In this document: one piece after another, positions 1 to 12,199 of the stretch
Layout of the letters: each line of letters starts with the position of its first letter
Position numbering within the stretch: the first letter of the stretch is position 1
Origin: Phoronis australis
Lineage: Eukaryota > Animalia > Phoronida
Reading direction: 5' to 3'
NCBI GenBank assembly: GCA_002633005.1
Contig: NMRA01000020.1
Span: forward strand, 1,724,918-1,788,917
Length of the DNA: 64,000 nt
Notes under the pieces: model-generated
What the model saw: the letters and a program-made list of their open reading frames with translations, nothing else
What the model was told of the DNA's origin: nothing
Database searches by the model: none
Position numbers and translations under genes: made by a program

Positions 1-265
1 TGTTGACTGACTAGTAAATGAAAGCAAACGACGACGGAACTTAACACAACCGAGGTAGAACAATGACTGACTCGGCAGCTCTCACAGTCAGACTATATGA
101 AAAGAAACTGGCGCGAAATGCTTGCCTCCTAAAACGTCACTTCCGGAGTAACGGACGAGTAATTAATAAAATTACGAAAAGCACTAATTAAGTGGAAAAT
201 ATGTCTAGGATAACCAACCAACCTTATTTTAGCTCAAAATGACATGGAAAAAGTTGCCTTCGCCT
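1..265. mobile_element. Terminal arm of a Kolobok-family DNA transposon, same family as 37030-38361; the rest lies outside the window
   Basis: Aligns by eye along its whole length with 38095-38361. Ends GTTGCCTTCGCCT followed by TTAA at 266-269. Confidence 0.85.
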
Positions 266-908
266 TTAACGGTGCGTGCAGATAATATGAAATTGCAAAA
301 ACATTGGTTCAAATTGGTTTCTGGGGGTAATGCAGTAGAGCTTCCAAATGTTGATGGCACATTATTCATTCCTTATTCAAGACACTTGGATAACAAACCA
401 TTTGCACCACAACACAATATCAAATGCTGGTGATCTCGTGGGCTGGTACTTGAATCAAACGGCTACTTGCTAAAATTACGAGCAAAAATACGAGCGTAAA
501 ATTTCAAGCGTAGAATTTCTGCTGAGCTCACGTAAACTAAAAACCAATTTCTTATTGGATTTAACGATTACGGTCGTAAAACACGAGCCCGCTCTCTGTT
601 GTAATTGCGATCGTAATTACGGGCGGCACTATCCTCCGAACGAATCACGATGATATCCGAATAACTGTGAACCAAACAAACCAGAGTCAAAGGGTATGGT
701 GAGTCTCATCTGAAAGCACCCCGAAAGTTTTAGCTTTCGACTACATGGTTGTACTTGTATGATTCATTGAAAGTATTCCTGTGCATGGTTTTATAACTGG
801 TTTCAAACCACAGAGCAGAAAACTGTTATTTGTATAGCGTAATTAGAAGATCTTATGTAACCGACTTCGCTTTTTTGTCAAACTACTGGATTAACTAGTG
901 TGATATTT

Positions 909-980
909 TGCGCCCACACATTTATATGTGGACACATTATGTCGTCATCTCCGTCCGGCGTCCGTCCGGCGTCCGTCCGG
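909..980 (+). mobile_element. Truncated 5' end of HINE family 1
   Basis: tgcgcccacacatttatatgtggacacat followed by gtcatctccgtccggcgtcc matches the start of the full copies at 3614 and 5485. Confidence 0.75.
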
Positions 981-3613
981 AAACATGACGACCGTGATTT
1001 CATACCTTCGGGTCTCAGTGTCTCTCACTTGTTGTTGTTAACTGAGGTCAATGAGGTACTATAGGTTTTATCGCTTCTAAAGAACTGGTTTTCTTTTACC
1101 TTTTTGCAGTTGTTTGTTCCGAGTTGGCCTTTCGTCAAACGACAGGACTTTGGCTGACCAGTCTACAATTAACATGAGGGACTTGACGTGGCGAGCAGTT
1201 TACAAATGGTGATACAGGACCACGAATAACACCAGAGCCAAGAGTTATGGTACGTTCAAATGGAAGTCACCGGTTCGGTCTACACGCGTGTACTCGTATG
1301 AGCCATCAAAATATGAACAAACACTTGTTTGATTTGGAAAAGTGAAGTAAAACAACACGCCAGTCATTCAGGCACATGTCTTTATTCATGTACACTGTTT
1401 CACACCTGGTTTCAAGGCACAGTTTCCCAAGAAGCATAAATTTCTGCTAAAAAGGTACATTGATAGTAGGACAACGGTATTAATAACAAAGTGTATATCC
1501 GTTTGATAAAAATGTTCCAGGAGTGAAACACCGTAAATGTTCTAAAATATAACCATTTCATTTAAGTTTTTTGAACAGTGTTTAATCATAGTATTTGAAA
1601 GTATGCATGAAGTTTAACAGCTATTTTAAAGGTAGAGAAATGTAGACATATTTTCTATGGTCATACGTGACCTAAACAAGGACGACCCTGACCTCGCCAA
1701 CACTAGCAGCGAACCAAAGATGTCGCTGAGCCACCAGAGTCGGAAAGGTAAAAGAATCACGGGATTTGCCTCTTATGTGAAGGCGCACGCCATGAGATTC
1801 TGCCTTACCCAATACATGAAGGACGATGGAGGTGTTTAACTTTCGTTATTGATATCTGTTTTGTCTGGATGTTTTCTTGCAGTTACAGTTCCCCACCTTG
1901 GACAACTCTGTGTGGTACATAGATCTTTGAAATTAATTTCAAGTATTGAGAATTGACTGTATTTTAGTCGTGCTCTTGGTTGTACTCAAGTATTGGTGCT
2001 TGGGTGGTGATGACGCACATGCACATGTACTTAATAGATAGATCTCTTCATCCATCAAATCTATTACCATTCACTTGCACTAGACGTATGTTACTTGTCT
2101 TGCTGGAGTATTCGCGTTGACGCTAACGCTCATTCTAACCCTGACTAACAATTGCACTAACATACTAACACAAGTCCTGACATTACACGAAAGACAGCAT
2201 GAAAAAATTCAAATGACGTTCAAGGTCGCATGCTGAATGGTATTATTTAAATTCCTGTTCAAACGCCGCAATCAGATGGAGCTGAGAAGTGGCTGCCGTG
2301 ACATTGACAAGAATTTTTCAGTTCGTAATACTATTCGAGCTGCAAATTGAAAACGTTAGGTGATTCTTCGATTGTTATTAATGCCGGTTTTTTGTTTATT
2401 TACGCGCCATATTCACGCAACAACGATACAATGCTACCCACGGATAACGATAACGAAAGAAACACGATGGAAGACCGAAATTAACTACCGAAGACTAAAA
2501 TTAAGCAGGTAATTGGCGTACCTTGTGAATCATAACACATTAGTGTAAAAAGGATCAAGCTCGATACTGTGAAGGTTCAGAAGCCTGAAGGCAAATTAGG
2601 CGACAAATAAAAAGTGTTTTTATAAATGCCCTATAAGTCCGAAGGTTCAGAATTCAAACAGACAAAAAAGCCAGTTATTTCAAAGCTTATCTGAAGGTCC
2701 ATGACACCCACACGCGATTCAAAGTCATAGACAGCGAAGCACTATACTTTTAGTGGCTGTAAACCAAAATTTGAAAATGTAAGATTCAGCTCAGTAACCA
2801 TTGCCGAACTTTGTTTGGATCCTTTTAAGTAACAAAGGCTCTTCAAAGAACTGGTTTCAAACGGACATGTGTACATGTATATAAGCTCCGAACGTCTTGC
2901 TCGAAATCACTGTCCAGAACCTCGTGTCCTGAAAGTTCCAACTTCAAGCTTTCGAATTGATAGACTTTCGTACTTGTGTGGAATTTCGGATTTAGGGACT
3001 TTTGGTCTAGTTAACGTTCAGACCTAGGAATACCGTGATATCATACCATCGACCCAAACTCTCTCACTTTTAGATATCAATTCCGGTTATATTGGTTTTT
3101 AACTTCTAAGGGGTAGATTTCCTTTTAATCTTATTGTAGATGTTTAACGACTTGGCCATTTGTCGAACAACTGGACTTTGGCTGACATGTAGAACATGCA
3201 GGAACTAACGTAGCGAGCAGTGACAGCATACCAAAGGTGCCGTAAGACCACTAACACTATTGACACCAGTTCATCTGTCAACATGCTTTAAGTTACCGGT
3301 TTCGACAACATGTGTGTACTCCAGTGTGCCATCAAAATATGACCAAATACTTTTTTGATTTGGAAAAGCGAAGTCAATAATCTACTCACACTGTTTCAAA
3401 CCTGGTTTCAGGGCACAGTCTCTCAAAAACCGTAAAAGTTAGCAAAAAACAAAGGCACGTTGATAGTAAAACAACGGTATAAATAACAAGATCGAATTTA
3501 ATGTTATGAAAGCATTCCTGAAGTAATCTCAGAAATGGTGTTCGTGGTCTAAAATATGATCATTTCATTTTCGTTGTATGAACGGTATTTAAATCAAAGT
3601 ACTTGACATTTTT

Positions 3614-4884
3614 ATGCGCCCACATATTTATATGCGGACGCATTATGCCGTCATCTCCGTCCGTCCGTCCGTGCGGCGTCCGTCCGTCCGTCCGACGTCC
3701 GGGGTCCGCTGCTCTATCTCCAAATCCCTTTGACATACGTTCATGAAATTTGACACATACGTTTCATTCATGAATGGGATGGCACGAGCGAACTTTCGGA
3801 CGGATCCGACTACCAGTGTACCCCCTAGTGGAAATTTTAGTTTTTTACGCTTACATTTGAGTCTTCAAAAGTCCTTAACGGATTTTCGTGAAATTTGGGA
3901 TGTAGGTACCTATTAGTAGGATGACGCTATTCTCCCATTTTCGGATAGATTCGATTTAGTTTTCGCCACCTACTGTCCATTTTTACTGTTTTCGAGTCCA
4001 CCCCTCTATCAACCAAATCGCTCAAAGGATGATTGTGAAAATTGACATATGTAAAGAGGACGGTTGACGATGATTTTTCGACGATTTCAACTACTGTGGC
4101 TCCTCCTAGTGGCAGTTTTTTTGCGCCTATGACTGTATCTCCTAAACCATTTGCAGGATCTTTACATAATTTAGCAAGTGTATTTATATGATGTTGACTA
4201 CGGATGACGACGACTTTCGGACAGATCTGACTACTGCTATGTCCCCTAGTGGCAATTCTAGTTTTTTTACCTTTTAACTCTGTATCTTCAAAGGTCTTCA
4301 ATAGATTTTCATACAATTTTGAATAGAGACATCTATTGTTTTGATGACACTACCTTCCTGTTTTTGGATGGAATCGACATATTTTGCACCACCTAGTGGC
4401 TATTTTTGCTGTTTTCAAATCTTGTTTTTGGCGTCCACCCCTGTATCAACCAAATCAATTGAAAATTGACATATATGTTTTCAGTGTGAAGACGACCCCT
4501 GATGATGGTGACTGACTACTGTGGCACCTCCTAGTGGAAGTTTTGTTTTGCGCCCATAGTTGTATTCCCTAAACCCACTGCAGGATCTTTACTAAATTTA
4601 GTAAGTGTGTTTATATGAAGATAACAACAGACGAGGACGACTTTCAGGCGGATCCAACAGACACTGTGTCCACTAGTGGTAATTTTATTTTATTCTGTCT
4701 TCCTTTGTTTCTCTGAAGTTCGTTTACATATTTTTATGAAATATAGCATGTTCCTGTTTTTGGATGGATTGTGTGCTTTTGCGCCATCTAGTGGCCATTT
4801 TTATGATACAAATAAATAACCCTAAAAGCAGACCATTTGCAATGCATTCGTGGGCGCATTTCAACGCTCTGCGTTACTCTTGTT
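3614..4884 (+). mobile_element. Helentron-associated non-autonomous element (HINE/DINE-1-like), family 1
   Basis: 5' subTIR ATGCGCCCAC with a short internal inverted repeat, a (GTCC)n microsatellite, central ~150-bp tandem repeats, 3' subTIR GTGGGCGCAT at 4850-4859, a stem-loop (caacgc-tct-gcgtta) and a ctcttgtt end, in T-rich flanks. Confidence 0.85.
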
Positions 4885-5484
4885 GGAATTGCAAGCGTTC
4901 AAACCCTCGAACATCGTGGTTTCATACCTTCTGCCTACACTCTATCTCACTTTTAGTTTTCACTTCAGATCATTTGACGTTGCGAGAAGTGACAGTGTAC
5001 CAAAGGTGTCGCAGTACCACTTACACGATTAACACCAAAGCCAAAAGGTATGGTGACGTTCAGCTGTAAACGTCATGGATATAATGACATATTTTAACTG
5101 AATGCATTCTATAAGCCATCAAAACTTTACCGAACACTTGTTTGATTTGGAAAAGCAATTTGACAAATCTACTCGCCAGTCATCCAGGTTTCTGTCTTTG
5201 TTCATGTACACTGTTTCACACCTGTTTCAGAGCACAGTCCTTCAAACACCGTAAAATTTAGCAAAAGACAAAGGCAAGTTTATAGTAAAACAGCGGTATC
5301 AATAACAGATACATGTTGAATATCATTTGATGAAAACCTACTTGAAGAGATTTCAGAAACACAGTTATTGTTCCAAAACACGAGCATTTCATTATCTTTC
5401 TATGAACGCTGTATGAATTATGGTATTCGAATGCTTAACTTAAATTTGAACATCTTTTTATGCGCCCACATACATGTGCTTATT

Positions 5485-7036
5485 ATGCGCCCACATATTT
5501 ATATGTGGACGCATTATGCCGTCATCTCTGTCCGTCCTTCCGTTCGTCCGTCCGTCCGGGCGGCGTCCGTACGGCGTCCGCGTCCGCTGCTCTATCTCCA
5601 AAACCCTTTGACATACGTTCATGAAATTTGGCACATATGTTCCATTCATGAATGGGACGGCATGTGCGAACATTCGGACTGATCCGACTACCGATGTGCC
5701 CCCTAGTGACAATTTTAGTTTTTTACGCTTACCATTGTATCTTCGAGAGTCCTGAACGGATTTTCATGAAATTTGGTATGTAGGTACCTAGTAGTGAGAT
5801 GACGCTATCCTGCCGTTTTCAGATGGATTCGACATAGTTTGCGCCACCTAGTGGCCATTTTTAGTGTTTTCGAGTCTGTTTTTGTGCATCCACCCCTCTA
5901 TCAACCAAACCGCTCAAAGGATGATTGTGAAAATTGGCATGTATATGCTTACTATGTAGAGGACGGTTGACGATGATTTTACGACGATTTCGTTTACTGT
6001 GGCGCCTCCTAGTGGCAGTTTTATTTTTTTGGGCCTATGGCTGTATCTCCTAAACCGTTCTCAGGATCTTTACGAAATTGTGTAAGTATATTTGTATGAT
6101 GTTAACAACGGAAGATGACGACTTTTGGACGGATCCGACTACCGGTGTGCCCCCTAGTGGCAACTTTATTTTTTTACGCTTACCTTTGTATCTTCAAAAG
6201 TCCTGAACGGATTTTCATGAAATTTGGTTTGTAGGAACTTATTAGTTAGATGACGCTCTCCTCCTGTTTTCAGATGGATTCGACATAGTTTGCGCCTCCT
6301 AGTGGCCATTTTTACTGTTTTCGAGTATGTATTTTTGCATCCACCCCTCTATCAACCAAACCGCTCAAAGGATGATTGTGAAAATTGGCGTGTATGTGCT
6401 TACTTTAAGGAAGACAGCTGACAATGATTTTCAGACGATTTGGACTACTGTGGCGCCTCCTAGTGGCAGTTTTGTTTTTTTTTGCGCCCATGGCTGTATC
6501 TCCTAAACCGTTTAGAGGATCTTTACCAAATTTAACAAGTGTATTTATGTGATGTTGACAACGGACGATGACGACTTTAGGATGATTCTGACTACCGGTG
6601 TGCCTCTAGTGGCAATTTTAGTATTTGCCTCTAGTGGCAATTTTAGTATTTTACATTGACCTCTGTATGTTGCTAGGTCTTCAGGTGTATACTTTGTGTT
6701 ACTTCGTGACTATGAAGGAAAAGTTCCAAGTAGAAATTTGTTTCTGGCATTCTAATGCTGTGCTAATCTCGTATGTTCGTAAATTTGTTTTTAATTCTAT
6801 GTTTCTGTGGTGCTTTAAGCAAATGGTGTATAGGATGTGCTTGTATTATGAAGATTACTCACATTTTGCCCCTAGCCTATTGAGGAGACAATGACCATGC
6901 CTTTCCATTTTGCAAAGTACAACATACTACATATATGCCCTCTACTGGCCACTTGATGTTACTAATAAACAACCCTAGAAGGAAACCGTATGCGGTGCAA
7001 TTGTGGGCGCATTTCAACGCTCTGCGTTGCTCTTGT
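5485..7036 (+). mobile_element. HINE family 1, complete inner copy
   Basis: ATGCGCCCAC at 5485, microsatellite, central repeats, GTGGGCGCAT at 7003, perfect stem-loop CAACGC-TCT-GCGTTG and ctcttgt end. Confidence 0.85.
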
Positions 7037-7070
7037 ATGTGGAAGCGTTTTGCCGTCATCTCCGTCCATC

Positions 7071-7265
7071 CGGAGTCGTCCGTCCGGCGTCCGTCCGGCG
7101 TCCGTTCGGCGTCCGTCCGGCGTCCGTCCGGCGTCCGTCCGGCGTCCGTCCGGCGTCCGTCCGGCGTCCGTCTGGCGTCCGTCCGGCGTCTGTCCGGCGT
7201 CCGTCCCGGCGTTCGTCCCAGCGTTCTTCCCGAGGTCCGTCCCGGCGTCCGTCCGGCGTCCGGCA
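7071..7265 (+). repeat. GC-rich 11-bp minisatellite (CCGTCCGGCGT)n, an expanded HINE microsatellite block
   Basis: Near-perfect tandem run visible directly; it explains the overlapping repetitive ORFs at 6877-7342. Confidence 0.95.
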
Positions 7266-10200
7266 TCCGCTGCTCTATCTCTGAAACGCCTTGACGAATG
7301 TTCATGAAATTTTGCACGTTCCTTCCGTAGATGGGACGGCATGAGTGAACTTTCGTACGGATCCGACTACCAGGGTGCCCCCTAGTGGTAATTTTATTTT
7401 TTTACGTTTACCTTTGGTCTCGAAAAGTCTTGATCGGATTTTCATAAAATTTGATATATACGCATATATTAGTGACCCTATCATTCTGATTTTAGATGGA
7501 TTTGACGTAATTTGCGACACCTAGTGACCATTTTTATTGTTTTCGTGTCTGTTTTTTGCGTCCACCCCTCTATCAACCAAACCGCTCAAAGGATTATTGT
7601 GAAAATTGTCATGTACAGTGTATGTTCTTACTATGAAGCGGACCGCTGACGATGATTTTCCGACGACTTCGACTACTGTGGCGCCTCCTAGTGGCAGCTT
7701 TTCCTTGCGCCTAATGGCTGTATCCCCTAAACCGTTCGCAGGATCTTTACTATATTTAGTAAGTGTATTTACTTGACGTTAATAAGGGAGGACGACGACT
7801 TTCAGACGGATTTGACTATTGGAGGGCCACCTAGTGACAATTTTTTTTGCGTTTACCTCTGTATGTTCAAAGGTCCTCAATCTATTTCCATAAAATTTGT
7901 CATACAGAAATCTGTTACTGAGGTGACGCTATCTCTCTGTTTTCAGTTGGATTCGACCAACTTTGCGCCACCTAGTGGTCATTTTTACTGTTTTCGAGTC
8001 TGTTTTGGCGTCCACTCGTCTGTAAACCAAACCGCTTTCAGGATAATTGTGGAAATTTGCATGCATGTTCTTATTTTGAAGTGGACTACTGACGACGATT
8101 TTTCGACGAGTTCGACTACTGTGGCGACTCCTAACGGCAGTTTTGCGCTCATGACTGTATCTATTAAAACGTTTGCAGGATCTTTACTTGATTTAGAAAT
8201 CGTATTTATATGATGTTTACACTGGACGACGACGACTTAAACACGGATCTGACTAGTGGGGTGCCCCCTAGTGGCAATTTTAGTTTTTACGTTTATCAGT
8301 CTGTATCTTCAAAGGTCCTCGACAGATTTTCACAAATTTTATGAATATAGGCATATGTTGCTGAGAGGACTGTATTACCCTGTTTTTTGGATGGAATCGA
8401 GGTATTTTGTGCCACTTGGTGGCCATTTTTTTCTGTTTTTCAAACCTTATTTTTGGCGTCCACCTCTCGCTCAACCAAAGCATTCTAAGGATGGTTTTGA
8501 AAATTGGCGTATAGGTTTTCAGTGTGAAAAGGACTCTTTGATGATGGCGAATGACTACTGGGGCACCTCCTAGTGGTAATTTTGCTTTGTTTTGCACCCC
8601 TACATGTAGCTGTATCTCCAAAACCCGCTGCAGGATCTTTATTGAATTTAGAAAGTGCATTAATATGAAGATATCAGAAGACGACTTTCAGGCGGATGGA
8701 ACGGACCCTGTGCCTACAAGTGGCAATTTCATTTTGTTCTGTTTTCCTTTGTTTCTTTGAAGTTCCATGACAGATTTTTGTGCAAAAAAGGCATGTTCCC
8801 GTTTTTAGATGGACTGTACGTTTTTGCTCCAGCTAGTGGCATTTTTTTATGATACAAATAAAGAACCCTAAAAGCACACCATTTGTGATGCATTCGTCCA
8901 GGGCGCATTTCAATGCTCCGCGGTGCTCTTGTCTGGGATATAAACCTTCAAAGTTAGAGAAAGGTAGACATTAAAGATCAGACAGAAGCTAAACAAATAG
9001 GACCCTTACATCTCCCCAGCAAGTTGCCTATTCCGTGAGGGCGCGGACCATGAGATGCTGCCTTAGCAGATACATGTACATGAGGGACAACAGGGGTGTT
9101 TAACTTCCGTTATTGATGACATTTTGGTCTGTTTGACACATGCAGCTACAGTTCTCCACTTGGGTCAAAGTCGGTGTAAAAGATATTAATGTTGACTGCA
9201 TTTTAGTTGCACTCTGGCTTCTTCTCATGTATCAATGTTTGGGTTGTGATGGCGCACATTTATCCCAGTGAATTTATCTGCCCGTCTATCAAATGTATTA
9301 CTATTCTCCTGGACTAAACGTTTGTAACTTTTGTTAGTTTTCTTAGTGGTTCTTTCGCATTGACGCTTACGCTATTTCTGATCCTGACTTACACTTGCAC
9401 TAACATACTGATAAAGCACTGACATACCACGAAAGAAAGCATGAAAAAACAAAAATGAAGTTCAAGGTCTCAAAATGCATGCTGAATGGTGTTTTTTTTT
9501 TAATTCCTCTGCAAATACCACAACCAGATGGACTTGGGCAGTAGTTCCAGTGGTCGATTTGTGCCGGCACAGGGTCAAGGATTTTTCAATTAGCATCCGA
9601 GCGGCAAATTGAAAACAGGTGACTTGTCGATTATTTGAAAGTTTTATTACTAAAGTTTTTGTCTATTTACACACTATACCCATACCCCAACAATATGATG
9701 CGACACACGAATACCAAAACGGAAGAAGAAGGGTTTACGACGAAAATTATGAAGGTGAACAAACGTTTCTTGCATTTCATACAGCTTTAGCATAAATAGG
9801 GTACATCTCGGCACTCTGAAGGTTCCGAAGTCCTGACACCCAAAGTACGTCTATTGAAAATGTTTTAAAAAGGCCTTATCTGACCGAAAAGAAAGCTAGT
9901 TAGTTCAAAACTGGTTCGAACATCTATGAGACCACAACACCTTAACGACATCAGAGCAGCAAAATTTTAGTTGCGGTGAACCAAAATATAAAAATGTAAA
10001 TTAAAGCGACAGCTCAGTGCTAATTGAAAATTTTTGTTAGGATCCTTCCCAGAGACACTGGATCTTTGAAGAACTGGTTTCAAACAGGCACGTGCTTAAA
10101 AACCCCCGAACGTTTTGCTGGAAGTCACTATTCAGAACCTCGTGTCATAAAATTTCGAACTTTTAGTTTTCAAACTAATGGCCTTCAGGATTTGTGTGGA

Positions 10201-12199
10201 TCTTTGGATTTATGTATTTGTGGACTTGAAAAACTTCGGAACCATGAATACCGGGAATTCATACATTCGGCCAGCTCTTTCTCAATTCTAGTTTAAAATT
10301 GAGGTCGTATGTTCTTACCACTTGCAATGGGTTGATTTCATTTTAATCTCATTGTAGATTTTTTGCGATTTTTTCCATTCGTCAAACCACTGGACTTTGA
10401 CGTTGCAAACAATGACAATGTACCAAAATACCACTTACACGAATGACACCAGGGCCAAAAGGTATGGTGCTCTTTAGCTATAAACATCTTAGAAGCTACA
10501 GGTTTTGACTGCATGCGAGCTGTATGAGCCATCAAGACTTTACCTAACACTTGTTTGACTTGGAAAAGCAAAGTGAAAAATGTACTCGCCAGCCGTTCAG
10601 CCATCTGTCTTTGTTCATATACACTCTTTCACACCTGGTTTCATCACATAAAAGACAAATTCACATTGATAGTAAAACAACTGTATCAATAACAAGATCG
10701 AATTTGATTTAATGAACTTACTTTAAGCACTTGATGGAACTGTGCTCAACCGCCATCTTCAGTTGGTCCCTTACTGTCTTTAAAGGTTTCGTCCCTAAAC
10801 CAAGACCATCTCTAGTAAGCGGGTCAACATAGTTGATCAGGCTCTGTCTGACGGTTGTTGGTGGTGTTGCTGTTGGTATTTCATCCAAATCCAACAAGAT
10901 GCCTGTTCAACTTCACTGGCTACGTCGCGTAAAAGAGCCTTCTTTCCTGACACGGAGACGCCAAGAGACCTCGCCATGGTAATGACCGAAATTATTCCAT
11001 AAGTGATATCAGAAACACTGTTAATATTCATTTCCTTTTCGTTTTGTGCACCGTGTTTAAATCTTAGTATTCGAATATTTAACCTAAATCTGATCATCGA
11101 TGTCAGAGATATAAGCCTTCAGACTTAAAAAAAACATAAAATTTAGCAAAAAACCCAAAACATTGATAGTAAAACAACGGTATCAATGTAACATAATCGA
11201 AATATATTTGATAAGATTATTCGGGAAGTGATCACAGAAACACTGTTGATGTGGTAAACTATGGTCAATTCATTTTCGTGTTGTGATAGGTGTTCAAATC
11301 ATAGAATGTGGCATTTGACCTAAATCTGAACAGGTATTTCCGAGGGTCATACAGAACCTGAACAACAGGACCCTGACCCCTCAACCACAGGCAGTGAACG
11401 AAAGATATCACAGGACCACGCACACAAAATAACACCACAGACGGAAATTTAAAAGGAGGCCAGGAAGTTTCCTCTTCCATGAGGGCACGCCCATGAGATG
11501 CGGTCTTGCCCGATACATAGAGAACCATAGAGGTCTATAACTTTCATTACTGAATGCGATTTGGTCTCGCCGACATTTGCAGTTGCAGCTCTCCACCTGT
11601 GACAACTGTTTTATGTCCAGATTAATGTAATAGGATTTGAGTGTTTACTTTATTCTGTTGTAATCTAGGTTGTACTCATGTTTTAGTATTTGGGAGGTGA
11701 TGACAAACATGTACTTCAAATGGACGGATCTTTGGATCTATCAAATCCGTTACTATTCGCTTGGACTAAACTTTTGTTACTTGTCTTGCTGGTACATTCG
11801 CACTGAAGCTAATGCTATTTTGTAATAACGACTAACAATTGCACTAACATACTAACACAAGCCATAACAGACTAACAAAAATAGCATGGCTGAATCCAAA
11901 TAACGTTCAAGGTTCAAGGTTCAAGGTTCAATCGTGAATTCCTTTGCATATGCCACAAGTAGCTGAACAATGGTTCCCATGACCGACTTCTGCGGTGGCG
12001 CAGACAAGGATTTCTCACATAATATGGGAGCTCTAATTAAAAACATTAGTTGATATCTCGATTGTTTGTAAATTTTATTAATGCACGTTTATGTTTATTT
12101 GATCGCCATACCCACGCAACAACAATACCACGCAGCCCACGGATAACCAAAACGGAACAAGAATGATGGAAGACGAAAATTAACGACCGGAGACTAAAG

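Larger units (their letters stand above)
3818..8842. promoter_or_regulatory. Array of about 25 co-oriented CTCF-consensus motifs inside the HINE central repeats (predicted binding only)
   Basis: Examples: gcgccacctagtggcca 5841, gcgcctcctagtggcag 6002/6453/7681, gtgccccctagtggcaa 6147, gcgccatctagtggcca 4781, gcgccacctagtggtca 7965. These match the reverse complement of the CTCF core CCASYAGRKGGCRC. Confidence 0.6.
5460..8932 (+). mobile_element. HINE family 1, outer copy split by a nested copy
   Basis: 5' subTIR at 5460; resumes at 7037 with atgtggaagcg...gccgtcatctcc; ends gggcgcatttcaatgctccgcggtgctcttgt at about 8901-8932. Confidence 0.8.

Noticed and set aside
6877-7342. Five overlapping Arg/Pro-rich ORFs on both strands
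   Set aside because: They result from the stop-free 11-bp GC-rich minisatellite inside a HINE.
10730-10770. Penelope-type hammerhead ribozyme (minus-strand CTGAAGA plus a stem)
   Set aside because: The required GAAA after stem II is absent.
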